A stretch of DNA of 64,000 nucleotides from an uncultured beta proteobacterium (lineage in GTDB: Bacteria; Pseudomonadota; Gammaproteobacteria; Burkholderiales; Burkholderiaceae_A): positions 5,220 to 69,219 of the forward strand of contig CACOBT010000007.1 of the NCBI GenBank assembly GCA_902625535.1, written 5' to 3'. The first letter of the stretch is position 1; each line of letters starts with the position of its first letter. The translations under genes were made by a program, and so were the position numbers. Positions 38,801-47,427 of this stretch are shown one piece after another. A model generated the notes under the pieces. The model made no database searches. It saw nothing but the letters and a program-made list of their open reading frames with translations, and was not told the DNA's origin.

Positions 38801-40269
38801 GTTAAATCAGCGGTTTTTAATTCTAGCGATCTTTTAAAAGTATCCACTACTAATTCACCAAAATCTTCTCTGACTCGGGTATTCGCTCTCAAAAAAACGT
38901 CGTCAAAAATCGGCAATGATCCTGGAATGAAGATTGAACCGTAGTCCGTAAAACCCCCTTTGAATCTGATATTTTCTAGCTCTTCTAATCCGATGATCAA
39001 TGATACTGCCGTTTTCCTATACCACTCAAAGTTTAGTGAGTTACCAGTTCTACTTGCCTCATTCCTCTGCCTGGCATCCTCATTTAACCCTGATATTCCG
39101 TCGGTTAGTCTTCCAACAACTTGATGACCTTTTATTGCAGAAAATACAAGTCCAATTGACCAAAAAGAAATGAATGAAAAAAATAACCACTTAAAAATTT
39201 TATTAGGTTCCGAATTTTTAAATCTTTGATTATTCGATGGTCTCAATAGGCCGAACTCACCAAAAAACTTCATTCCGAACAGATCTTTAGTGAAACTCGG
39301 TTTTTTATGGTTTGTTACCATAAAAATACCTCTAAAGAAAAATGGCTCGTAAAATCCACTCGATTCTACTAGACCCTCTGTATATTCTACTAATCCATTT
39401 TGCAAATTTTTAATTTCAAGAGGCAGGAGAAACTCCTCTAGTCTATTATTTTTATCTGGATGGGACGCACCCATTTCCATTACTAAACTGCTTACTCTTG
39501 CACTAATTTCGTCTATCGCCTGAACGATCCACTTTTTTGAAAATATTGTAAAAAGATCATTAGGATTAGACCACCCTAAAATACTGTTTCTCATTGATTT
39601 TGGTAGGCTTTGCGCAAAAGAGGAAAAACCTTGAATTTCTTCACATCCAGAGACTATAAGATAGACGGGTATTCTGATTGAAAAACTATTTTGTACCATC
39701 CAAATTCGCTGGCTAGTAATCTTTGATAGATTTTTTAACACTGTTTTAGCCTCTATGTTGCTGCGCGAATCCAACAATATATTCGCGGGAACACTTATCA
39801 CAATCGAATCAATAGGCCTGCGAGGTCTATAACGGTTACAAAGTTTTAAGAACTCTGCCCACTTAATTTCCTCTCTTGATGATTCGTTTTGACCAGCCAA
39901 TGCGTTAGAAGAAAACTCTAAAATTAGACCTTTGCTAAAATAATGCCAGAAAAAACTTTTATTTCCATCTAAATTTTTTGACACACTAGAACGAGTTACG
40001 TCAATTTCTTCTATGGGAATACGATTATTCTCTCCCCCTTCATTTAAAAGAATAACCCAGGGATAATCATATTTTTTCTTCTTTGGTAGTAGCATTTTTT
40101 CTGACCCTAGGATTCCTTTTCTAAATATATCCCTGATCTTTCTTCTACTAAGAATGAACTCCTTCTTTTTTTTGCCTTGTTGTTTCACGCTAAAAAAAAT
40201 AGATAGTGAGAAAATTAATAACGCAATAAAGATAATCAAAAATAACCAAAAAAAGGATATATTACTCAT
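35872..40269 (-). CDS. tssM: type VI secretion membrane protein TssM (IcmF family), 1465 aa
   Basis: N-terminal TM, cytoplasmic domain, TM around residue 360 and a very long periplasmic IcmF-like region. Position after tssL. The P-loop position reads 'PWVILLNEGGENNR'. Confidence 0.9.
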   Translation of the reverse strand: MSNISFFWLFLIIFIALLIFSLSIFFSVKQQGKKKKEFILSRRKIRDIFRKGILGSEKMLLPKKKKYDYPWVILLNEGGENNRIPIEEIDVTRSSVSKNLDGNKSFFWHYFSKGLILEFSSNALAGQNESSREEIKWAEFLKLCNRYRPRRPIDSIVISVPANILLDSRSNIEAKTVLKNLSKITSQRIWMVQNSFSIRIPVYLIVSGCEEIQGFSSFAQSLPKSMRNSILGWSNPNDLFTIFSKKWIVQAIDEISARVSSLVMEMGASHPDKNNRLEEFLLPLEIKNLQNGLVEYTEGLVESSGFYEPFFFRGIFMVTNHKKPSFTKDLFGMKFFGEFGLLRPSNNQRFKNSEPNKIFKWLFFSFISFWSIGLVFSAIKGHQVVGRLTDGISGLNEDARQRNEASRTGNSLNFEWYRKTAVSLIIGLEELENIRFKGGFTDYGSIFIPGSLPIFDDVFLRANTRVREDFGELVVDTFKRSLELKTADLTGSYYDPVTGSLSLRDNTCKPPERDSGKLAPPEGRSLKLSDSPNFRSLETFLAKSKELERAVLAMNRLRYNGRSSNDDFRYLTSFALQVDLYGDLSGVTSLFNKTVNKNKEVISSKIISNALKCSLIEGVLNLNDELFSLNSLLEDERKIVEAQERFLTADFIKLSGDEIVELLEEILSSIQDQEILLTKGGGLWMLKDQLDLGDNYEEFLQEIQNNTLLGPNISSDIKVRANKEFGRLRVNYESLVLQRGTEEGIEIGRNDNGNQVLILSEKRRDLQKAIEKLLSAPIMSINVDSKMTINEDRPIVEWDTNYLDDALTLRSSRDKYLNKDLILFPTEYRDRVLESIDNQVEKKIISLIRRAYSNRAEDSIQFGFDLNNRNLTTYFNSLSKLSEVLIFMKNMNQGNDIQKLKEIILNDAVARENILNEGLNDVKMAFMLGDEINFWDYDVLQRIVSLQEMDDSSAISKIPSFEKFESEIVEDRINKEKVLNLFYLLKKAYSGKKIDDYIASFNLQNENSEKYLENLKLLRQAEEFSRRSGHNNEAILIENIIISDAANRLGVLNNYLSEKDFLLPAFERVQDWDGGIGLIESSYSVQSFMELKEFFRFQMSELEKISDLAKAYLDGLPTKYYKSEKNYWGMIGSEIYNYNKNIPSSTLMQLQNFLEDIYEDFSIENCRDKLDKVDINKNNNNFFFLKYGSIVSEISKRCDSLRRYSIQERWVSASLDYKNLLLKKKPFANKVFNNISAKDYQALEEASLFEVVNVFSKFPPRDKVISIIDKNDTLNRVTMFYSNLDTLKSLFSPYLVKSKEDDRGYEVDIEVRGGRDGELYGNKIISWVFHSGGKSINILNDKKDIEWNFGEPVKLELRFASDTNVSPQRDNQNPFYRVSGKTAIYSFPGSWGLLDMINMHKVTKEKNAVGDTLKFEFPVIIDNEVLSKGRAPSNARIFFKIILKRKIDSKALKLPLSYVKEIPQL

Positions 40270-41231
40270 CAGAGTTCTCTCGTCTTAGAGTTATTTTTTT
40301 CAATCAAATCTAGAATTACTAATCTGTAATTGAGAGTTTTTTGTATTTGTACGGTCTTCTTAACATCGAGGACCTCACGTAGTGGTTTTGTTATAACTAA
40401 ATAAACTACCTGGGAAAACAGTAAAAGCAAAATAGTTATAAGAACTGAGATCAATACTGGTTTATTCAAACGAAAAAATTTTACAGGATTAAAATTCGAA
40501 ATTATTCGTTCGTAGTGGACAGAATCAATCTGGTCATATCCTTCTATCCTAGATGATGACCGATTGAGACCCGGCTCTTTTTTAACGAGGTAAACATAGA
40601 GTAACCGTATGTATTCTCGAATATCCTCCTTCGACTCCTTACCTCTATACTGTCCTTCGAAACCAATGATTAGCGCCTGCAGATATAATTCTGCAAGATC
40701 ATCCCTCTGTTCGCTTTTAGAACTTAATAGATGATCTATCCGATCAAATATTTGTTGGCCAGCAATGCTTGTTTTAAATATTTTTTCCTCAATCAAATAA
40801 TTAATAAACTCAGATCGTCCAGGCCACGGTCGACTCAGGAAAAGTTCATCGGCTACCGCTGTAAAAATATACCAAATTTCCTCGTTCCTCTCTTTTTCCA
40901 GAGGCATTGCAATTTTAGCGAACTCAATTTTCTTAAGTTCCAAAAGTCTACATACCCTATCACGGACTTGTAAAGCTAATGATTGTGGTGGTGTTAATTC
41001 TCGATTTTTTGCTTCCATTTTCAGAGAATCATTTTCTATATTTTTAGCGTTTCCGGTTTGAGATAACTCTGTATTTTTTAATATAGTCAAAATTTCTGTA
41101 AGGAACTCTCTAAGTTGAGTAACACTTGTACTCGTACGGATTTCTCCACCTGCTTTTTGCGAATTCAATTCGACAATTGTCGCGTGATTATCTATTCTTG
41201 GTTCGAGATATTTATCGTTAAAATCTTTCAT
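40269..41231 (-). CDS. tssL: type VI secretion protein TssL (DotU family)
   Basis: DotU core 'IWYIFTAVADELFLSRPWPG', 'LYLQALIIGFEGQYRG'. Single C-terminal TM. No OmpA-like extension. Confidence 0.85.
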   Translation of the reverse strand: MKDFNDKYLEPRIDNHATIVELNSQKAGGEIRTSTSVTQLREFLTEILTILKNTELSQTGNAKNIENDSLKMEAKNRELTPPQSLALQVRDRVCRLLELKKIEFAKIAMPLEKERNEEIWYIFTAVADELFLSRPWPGRSEFINYLIEEKIFKTSIAGQQIFDRIDHLLSSKSEQRDDLAELYLQALIIGFEGQYRGKESKEDIREYIRLLYVYLVKKEPGLNRSSSRIEGYDQIDSVHYERIISNFNPVKFFRLNKPVLISVLITILLLLFSQVVYLVITKPLREVLDVKKTVQIQKTLNYRLVILDLIEKNNSKTREL

Positions 41232-41235
41232 TAAT

Positions 41236-42564
41236 TTATTCAGTTATATTTTTCTCGCCTTTAACAAAAAGTAGCATTCCTTGAGGAACTACATAAACTA
41301 AATTACCTGCCGATGGTACGACTTTTATGCGATACTCTGAATCCTCTAAGTCTTTTGGGCATAAAACCTCAAATAATTCGATACCGGGAAGAGACTTCAG
41401 CTTTAGTTTAGAATCACCATCAATTCTTCTTCTTTTCATACCGAGAATTCTTTTCTCTCTACACTTTACAATTTCAGTGGACTTTTCAATTATTATTGAC
41501 TTAATCCATGTGTCAACATTTTCGAGCGGTATTCCTTTTACACCAAAAACTAGAGATTGATCTACCCACTCCGGTCTTAAGACTATTTCAAAGCTGTCAT
41601 TTTCTTTCGTGAACGGGATCTCATGATAACTCTGACTTACTTCCTCTAAGAATTTAAACAAACTGGAAAATAGTGATGAGAAAATGTTATGCAGATTATT
41701 ATGAGAATATTTTGGAGGACATGTAGGAATTCCTCCAACTTTTAATTGACTGAGGGGACCTAATAAATCACAAAGAACGATATATAAGTGGCGCGGCGAA
41801 ACAACCTCCATCTGAATTAGACTTTCTAATTTTGGTAAAGCAAACGCCATGAGGCTAAGTCTTTGTATAGTGGACGTTTGATCAGGGTCGGAAAAATTTC
41901 TCTCTTGTGAATCAACCTGTCGAGCAAAAAAAGTTGCTTTAGAACGCAGCTCCTCAGCGAGACGTTTTAACTCATTTGTTAAGAAGTCGGAAACACTAAT
42001 ATCAATTAATGGGGGAATATAATCGCTAATCTTTATGACACCATCTTCACTTTTTAAAACACAAAGTCTAAAGGCGGTATATGAACCAGGTGGTCGCTGA
42101 CCTGCATATATTTTTAAATTGTGTGCTAATCTCGGTATATCGATTGGTTCTCCATCCTGGAAATCATCTGGAACAGGATCGCCAACCTTTTCCTCAAAGC
42201 GAAAATTACCCTCTTTATTTTTTTTTGTTCCTATTGGTAGGCCGATAAAAATATTTATGCTTTCTGCATTCTTTGTATCCTCAGATAATTCATCTAATTT
42301 AATCTCCAATGATGAAGTTTCCACCTCTCCATCCCAATTCACAGCAGTGCCATCAGGCATAAATGCATCCAGCTTTAATATTCGAAAAATACCTCCTGCG
42401 AGTAAAGCATTATCAACTTTTAGATTCTTAATTCCCCACGAATCGCCAAATCTGCTCATAGTATGAAAAGCGATCAGTTGATCTACTCTTGATGATTCTG
42501 TTTGAAAATGCTGTGGAGATAGTAGCATTCCTTCATGCCATTGGATCCTATCTAAAATATTCAT
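41236..42564 (-). CDS. tssK: type VI secretion baseplate protein TssK
   Basis: N-terminus 'IQWHEGMLLSPQHFQ' characteristic of TssK. 442 aa. Confidence 0.9.
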   Translation of the reverse strand: MNILDRIQWHEGMLLSPQHFQTESSRVDQLIAFHTMSRFGDSWGIKNLKVDNALLAGGIFRILKLDAFMPDGTAVNWDGEVETSSLEIKLDELSEDTKNAESINIFIGLPIGTKKNKEGNFRFEEKVGDPVPDDFQDGEPIDIPRLAHNLKIYAGQRPPGSYTAFRLCVLKSEDGVIKISDYIPPLIDISVSDFLTNELKRLAEELRSKATFFARQVDSQERNFSDPDQTSTIQRLSLMAFALPKLESLIQMEVVSPRHLYIVLCDLLGPLSQLKVGGIPTCPPKYSHNNLHNIFSSLFSSLFKFLEEVSQSYHEIPFTKENDSFEIVLRPEWVDQSLVFGVKGIPLENVDTWIKSIIIEKSTEIVKCREKRILGMKRRRIDGDSKLKLKSLPGIELFEVLCPKDLEDSEYRIKVVPSAGNLVYVVPQGMLLFVKGEKNITE

Positions 42565-42576
42565 TCGTAACCCCTA

Positions 42577-43098
42577 TTAATTCCTTTTAAGTGTATATAC
42601 GTTGAGTTCATCTACATCAAAATCAATTACCACCATCCCTTCTAGATTATCAATGCGGGCCTTGTAATCACCATCATTAAAATACTTCCCAAAAACTAAA
42701 GCGCCGAAAACTCTTTCTTCTTTAAAAAATTTTTCCGGTACTTTTAATCCATCCTCAGGAGCTAGCTCCCAGCTCTCTATTACAATCTCTTCTGCAAATG
42801 TCTTTAAAAGGATGTCTTTCTGATCAAACCATTTGCTTGAGTCTAATTCCAAAATTTTATTAAAAAGAGCCTCATCTTTAATCAATGTAATATCGATAGC
42901 GATAGGATAGTTTCTGTTTGCATTTTTTCTTATTATGATATCCACCGATTTCCAATACAGTCTTTCACCAGGAGGAAATATATAATTTTTTGTGGACTTA
43001 TAAACCTTTAACGGTACGTCTAAAACGCCGCACCCGTTTATAAGTAGTACAACTAGTGACAAGAAAATATTTCGGATAGTTATTTTTAAAACTTTCAT
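42577..43098 (-). CDS. tssJ: type VI secretion lipoprotein TssJ
   Basis: Lipobox 'LLINGC'. Size (173 aa) and position immediately upstream of tssK-tssL-tssM. Confidence 0.7.
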   Translation of the reverse strand: MKVLKITIRNIFLSLVVLLINGCGVLDVPLKVYKSTKNYIFPPGERLYWKSVDIIIRKNANRNYPIAIDITLIKDEALFNKILELDSSKWFDQKDILLKTFAEEIVIESWELAPEDGLKVPEKFFKEERVFGALVFGKYFNDGDYKARIDNLEGMVVIDFDVDELNVYTLKRN

Positions 43099-43298
43099 TT
43101 TTCGCCGTCGTATCGTTGGTTAGAACTTTTTTCTGGCTTCGCTTTTGTAGAAATTTTTATATTATTCTCAGAAGCGATTTTAATACCTCTTTTTTTCCCT
43201 AACTCATAGACAACCATCAATGACGCTATAAAAAAAATCAAAAAACTTATAATTGCTATCATAGTTAATCGGGTCGTAAAAGAAAAAGTTATGTTCAT
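43095..43298 (-). CDS. small single-TM protein, unknown function
   Basis: TM 'LTMIAIISFLIFFIASLMVVY'. ATGA overlap with tssJ. Start set at the ATG that avoids overlap with the PAAR-like gene. Confidence 0.45.
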   Translation of the reverse strand: MNITFSFTTRLTMIAIISFLIFFIASLMVVYELGKKRGIKIASENNIKISTKAKPEKSSNQRYDGEK

Positions 43299-43308
43299 TT
43301 GATACCTC

Positions 43309-43677
43309 TTACTTTTCATCCACAATAAACTGGGATGAAACCTCAACAGTTATGGATCCATTCCACAAGCACTGGAGTTTAGACTTTTCAGTCACAGAGG
43401 GAAACCCTCTGATCTTGACCTTTGTAGCAGTATCACTCCATGGAGATATGGTAACTGGAACACATGGCATGGGAGATCCTGCTGCTGCAACCGCTGGATT
43501 GACAGTTGTTGTACACATGCCAAAAGGAATGATATTCAAAAAAGGTACATTATCAATCTCATTTGCTGTAGGTAATCCTGCGGTAGTAACGCCGTTAATA
43601 GGAAGAACCACGAACGGGGTTGGTACTGTACCGCAAGAGCATTTCAGAATACTATTCATACAAGATGCTTTTGACAT
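43309..43677 (-). CDS. PAAR-like spike-tip protein (DUF4280-type)
   Basis: 122 aa. Cys pattern 'CSCGTVP...PFGMCTT...PMPCVP...W' matches my recollection of DUF4280. Located downstream of vgrG. Confidence 0.7.
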   Translation of the reverse strand: MSKASCMNSILKCSCGTVPTPFVVLPINGVTTAGLPTANEIDNVPFLNIIPFGMCTTTVNPAVAAAGSPMPCVPVTISPWSDTATKVKIRGFPSVTEKSKLQCLWNGSITVEVSSQFIVDEK

Positions 43678-44288
43678 TAATCTCCCCTAAAAATATTAGC
43701 AACAGACATGACCGTACTTTCTTCTCTTTTCTTGGATAATTTTTTTCCTTGTTCATCATAGTATCTAGTTTCTCCTATAGTTCTCCCATTACTAAACTCG
43801 GTTTCTTCCCTAATATTTCCGTTAAGCCAATATCGAAACATTGAGCCCTCCAAAACACCACGTAAATATGTCGACTGCTGTATTATCGTTCCGTCAGATG
43901 CGAAGTCCTTAGTAACTCCCTCAAGAAATCCCTCCCTATAAAAAGCTTCTCTTATACATTGGCCTTTCGACCAAAATTTCGAAATTCCTTCTCTTAAATC
44001 TCTTTTAAAGTTAATTATCGCTGACAACTCTCCAGCCTCATCATATAGCTCTGTTGAACCGTCTAAATATCCCTCTTTAAAACTGCGTTTAGATCTTAAC
44101 TCTCCCTTTGTATAAGTCTCAAGAAAACCATCTAAAACACCGTCTTTGAAATTACTCCTCTGCTCTAAATAACCCTCAGTATCATAAAATTCACAAATAC
44201 CATCGAGCTTAAAGTTTTTCATACAGGCTCTTTGTTTTATCTTATTATCACTATAGAACTCTTCTATTAGTCTTGTTTCCATACTCAA
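43677..44288 (-). CDS. MORN-repeat (YwqK-like) protein
   Basis: Repeated 'F-x-x-G-x-L-x-G-x-x-x-x-Y' units (e.g. 'FKDGVLDGFLETY', 'FKEGYLDGSTELY', 'YREGFLEGVTKDF', 'YLRGVLEGSMFRY'). ATGA overlap with vgrG. Confidence 0.7.
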   Translation of the reverse strand: MSMETRLIEEFYSDNKIKQRACMKNFKLDGICEFYDTEGYLEQRSNFKDGVLDGFLETYTKGELRSKRSFKEGYLDGSTELYDEAGELSAIINFKRDLREGISKFWSKGQCIREAFYREGFLEGVTKDFASDGTIIQQSTYLRGVLEGSMFRYWLNGNIREETEFSNGRTIGETRYYDEQGKKLSKKREESTVMSVANIFRGD

Positions 44289-46390
44289 CCTAATCCAATT
44301 TGTGGGGATGATACTGAAACATTTGCTCCGCCGTCAATTTCCACTGAAGTTCCCCCTTTTATTTTGGAGCTAGTGTCAGCATGTAACTCTAAGCTGAGAG
44401 CCTTCAATTTTGAAGATTGAGTGGATTGGATATCACACTTATCTTTAGTTTTGATCGTAAATGTCTTATCTGATTCCTGCGAAAATTCTTCTTTTGTGAG
44501 AATGCTAATTGAAGCATCCGCTTCAATTAGTACTTTTCCTTTAACTTTTATCAATAAGTCACCGTCTATACTTAACGAATAATTTCCTTTAACATTGCAT
44601 TCATAGTTGCCATCGACATTTTGAGTGAAATCCTGTGAATTGTTTCTTATTTCATCTCCGTTTACCTTAAAGGTCCTATCTTTTTTAACAAAATAATCCT
44701 CGGATCCCCTTGATACTTTAACTTTTCTGTCACCTTTCTCCACTTTATGTATTTCATCACCGTTAAATACAGTAGTATTCAGATTGTTCTCAATATCAAT
44801 TTTCATATCTTTGTGAGCATGTAGATAGAACTCCTCCTCATTCATCTTATCTTCAAATCTAATTTCATTCCCAATACCTCTTCCGTCATTTGAATCTAGT
44901 ATTTTAAAATTAATAAAATCAAGTGGGTGATCACTCACATCATTTGCTGCTTCAGATAAATCTGAAACAAAAGTTTCGGTAGTACTTTCCCTAGTACTTT
45001 TATTAAAAGGCTTTGTACGAATAATACTTTGGGTTTGACATGCCGGTAGATCGACTGGACGGTCCCTCTCAGAGTTGTAGACACATCCCGTGACGATCGG
45101 TTTATCTGGATCTCCGTCTACATAAGAAACTAAAACCTCCTGACCTATTCTCGGAATGAATAAGTGCCCCCAACCTGTATCCGCCCATGTTTGCGAAACT
45201 CGTAGCCAGCATGAACTGTTTTCATCTCGTATTTCTGCCCTATCCCAATGGAACTTAACCTTTATCCTACCGAGACTATCTGTCCAAATCTCCTCTCCTG
45301 GTGGGCCGACTACAAAGGCAGAGTGTGTGCCGGCAACTTTTGGTAGCTTTGTTTTTTTTAAAGGTCTTATCGGATAATCGATAGGAACCGCTTCAAATGT
45401 ATTACCATACTTATTATTTTTAATTGAGTGAGATACTGATTTGACTATATAATCTCGGTTTATCGTCTCGCTTTTATAATTTTCTAGTGAAAAAAAAGAG
45501 CCTGCTTCTAAAGAAAAACATAAACTGTGTCCTTTGTTTAATTGTGAGTCTTGTCTGATTTGTTCTGTACCTATCTTTGCCTTTCTATTCGAAAATTTAC
45601 CACCAATAAGACCGCCAGGGTAATCATAAAATTCGCCAAAACCCTTGTCAGTTGAGTATGCCTCGTTAAGAACTAATCCGGCGTTTAGATAATCATATCC
45701 TTTTAAGGAAAGCGTCTTGCCAGCAAGGTGTCTCCTAGATTTAAATTTTGTTACCGTGTCTGATCTAACCCTTTCATCCTGATTAGATTGATAAAAAAGC
45801 TTTTTTTGTTTGCACTGCTCGTGACACTCCACCGAATCACCTAGTACAAGAATATGATTGCCATCTTTAAATGAAAAAAAATAAAATATTCCTTCGGCCT
45901 CAAGTAATCTAGAAATAAAATCAAAGTCGGACTCATCATATTGAACACAATAATCTCGCTTCTCATAGATATTCGTTAAACGTTTTTCAAACTCTATCTC
46001 ATTGGAAATAAGTATCTCAGTTATAATTTCTACACTATTCAAATTTTGAAAAATTTTTCTATTCATCGTTTGTTTTAAAAGGGATAACTTGGGTACTAAT
46101 ACAAGATCAAAATATGAAAATTCTGTATCTATGCCGACTTCATCAATAGACAAAATAACTCCGCGAAATTCCCTTTCCGTGTGGTCGCCAGATAATATAG
46201 AAACGGCTGCTTCGGTACCTAGCAGCCTTTCAACGTCAATTGAGACTTCAGATGACCTCAACTTTAAATTAAATACAAAAGGTTCAGAAATAAACTCTTG
46301 GCCCCGTAGCTCATATAATAAGAGTTCATCTTCACCCAACACGGTGTCAAACCGCATCAGAGAATTTTTTTGACTATAACCGATTCTCAT
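44285..46390 (-). CDS. vgrG: type VI secretion spike protein VgrG (no C-terminal toxin domain evident)
   Basis: gp27-like N-half, 'GWGHLFIPRIGQEVLVSYVDGDPDKPIVTGCVYN' gp5 OB-fold block and beta-helix repeats to the C-terminus. The start could be the ATG at 46357. Confidence 0.92.
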   Translation of the reverse strand: MRIGYSQKNSLMRFDTVLGEDELLLYELRGQEFISEPFVFNLKLRSSEVSIDVERLLGTEAAVSILSGDHTEREFRGVILSIDEVGIDTEFSYFDLVLVPKLSLLKQTMNRKIFQNLNSVEIITEILISNEIEFEKRLTNIYEKRDYCVQYDESDFDFISRLLEAEGIFYFFSFKDGNHILVLGDSVECHEQCKQKKLFYQSNQDERVRSDTVTKFKSRRHLAGKTLSLKGYDYLNAGLVLNEAYSTDKGFGEFYDYPGGLIGGKFSNRKAKIGTEQIRQDSQLNKGHSLCFSLEAGSFFSLENYKSETINRDYIVKSVSHSIKNNKYGNTFEAVPIDYPIRPLKKTKLPKVAGTHSAFVVGPPGEEIWTDSLGRIKVKFHWDRAEIRDENSSCWLRVSQTWADTGWGHLFIPRIGQEVLVSYVDGDPDKPIVTGCVYNSERDRPVDLPACQTQSIIRTKPFNKSTRESTTETFVSDLSEAANDVSDHPLDFINFKILDSNDGRGIGNEIRFEDKMNEEEFYLHAHKDMKIDIENNLNTTVFNGDEIHKVEKGDRKVKVSRGSEDYFVKKDRTFKVNGDEIRNNSQDFTQNVDGNYECNVKGNYSLSIDGDLLIKVKGKVLIEADASISILTKEEFSQESDKTFTIKTKDKCDIQSTQSSKLKALSLELHADTSSKIKGGTSVEIDGGANVSVSSPQIGLG

Positions 46391-47426
46391 TTAACCTAAA
46401 CTCGAGTTTTACAATATCAAGATCTGCTTTTGTTATATCGCCAATCCACGTATTCCAGCCCAGCCTCATGCCGGATTGATTAGATAGTTTAAAATTTCTA
46501 ATATCTGACTTACCTAAATGCAGGTTTAGAAATATAGAAATACCCCGCGGTAGAAATCTGTAAACCAACGTAACGATTTGTGAATAGTTTTCTTCTGTTG
46601 GTAAAAAAGATAAGAATTTTTTCAAATCTAGGTTTTTAATTTCAATCAGTATACCGGATGAAAGACTCCATGATTTTGTTCCTAAAACAGCATCGTTACC
46701 TAAACTAACAGCATCTAATCCAGCCTTCAAACCTTTCCGTTGACCCGAAATACCTGACCAAGCCCCATAAAACTCACAGCAATTTACAATACTTAAATTA
46801 TATCTATCTTTAATTAATGTACGGAGGTTGGTAGAGGACCGTGGTGCTCCACCAAAAATACCTGCGTGTTTTAACCATTGAATATTAGTGGATTTTTTAA
46901 ACTCTGTGCTCGACCTCCCTAACGATGCAAGACTATCGACTATTTTTTCCATACTTGTCTGAAAATTTTGTCCCCACACCAAAGATGGATCACGCTTTTT
47001 TCTACCTAAATAAAATAGGGTAACTAGCCGATGGACAAAAATATCTAAAAAATCGGACGTAGCATATTCCTTTTTTCGTTCCCTAGAAAGAATTAGTTCG
47101 CAAAATGACTGGGGTAAGGGTCCAGAGTTTGCTGTGAATGAAAAAAATGGTGTGGCTAAATTTATAATATGTTTATCCACCTTGTCGTACTCAACCGAAA
47201 AAATATCGCTTGACTCAAAATTCAAAGTGGTAACCCCCTTAAACCGAATATGATTTCTTACCTCGCTCTCATCCAGATTTCTGTTTTGTATTGATAATCT
47301 GCGATCTAAAAGATAAATAGCACGTAGTAAATCATATTGCTGTGAACTATTTAACATTTCTTCTAATCTCAAATTAAACTGTTTCCTTTCGATAGATTTT
47401 CGGGTATCCCGGAGGGTCTCAATCAT
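46374..47426 (-). CDS. tssG: type VI secretion baseplate protein TssG
   Basis: Position after tssF. The ATG lies 1 nt after the tssF stop. About 350 aa, typical size. Confidence 0.85.
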   Translation of the reverse strand: MIETLRDTRKSIERKQFNLRLEEMLNSSQQYDLLRAIYLLDRRLSIQNRNLDESEVRNHIRFKGVTTLNFESSDIFSVEYDKVDKHIINLATPFFSFTANSGPLPQSFCELILSRERKKEYATSDFLDIFVHRLVTLFYLGRKKRDPSLVWGQNFQTSMEKIVDSLASLGRSSTEFKKSTNIQWLKHAGIFGGAPRSSTNLRTLIKDRYNLSIVNCCEFYGAWSGISGQRKGLKAGLDAVSLGNDAVLGTKSWSLSSGILIEIKNLDLKKFLSFLPTEENYSQIVTLVYRFLPRGISIFLNLHLGKSDIRNFKLSNQSGMRLGWNTWIGDITKADLDIVKLEFRLNENRL

Positions 47427-47427
47427 T

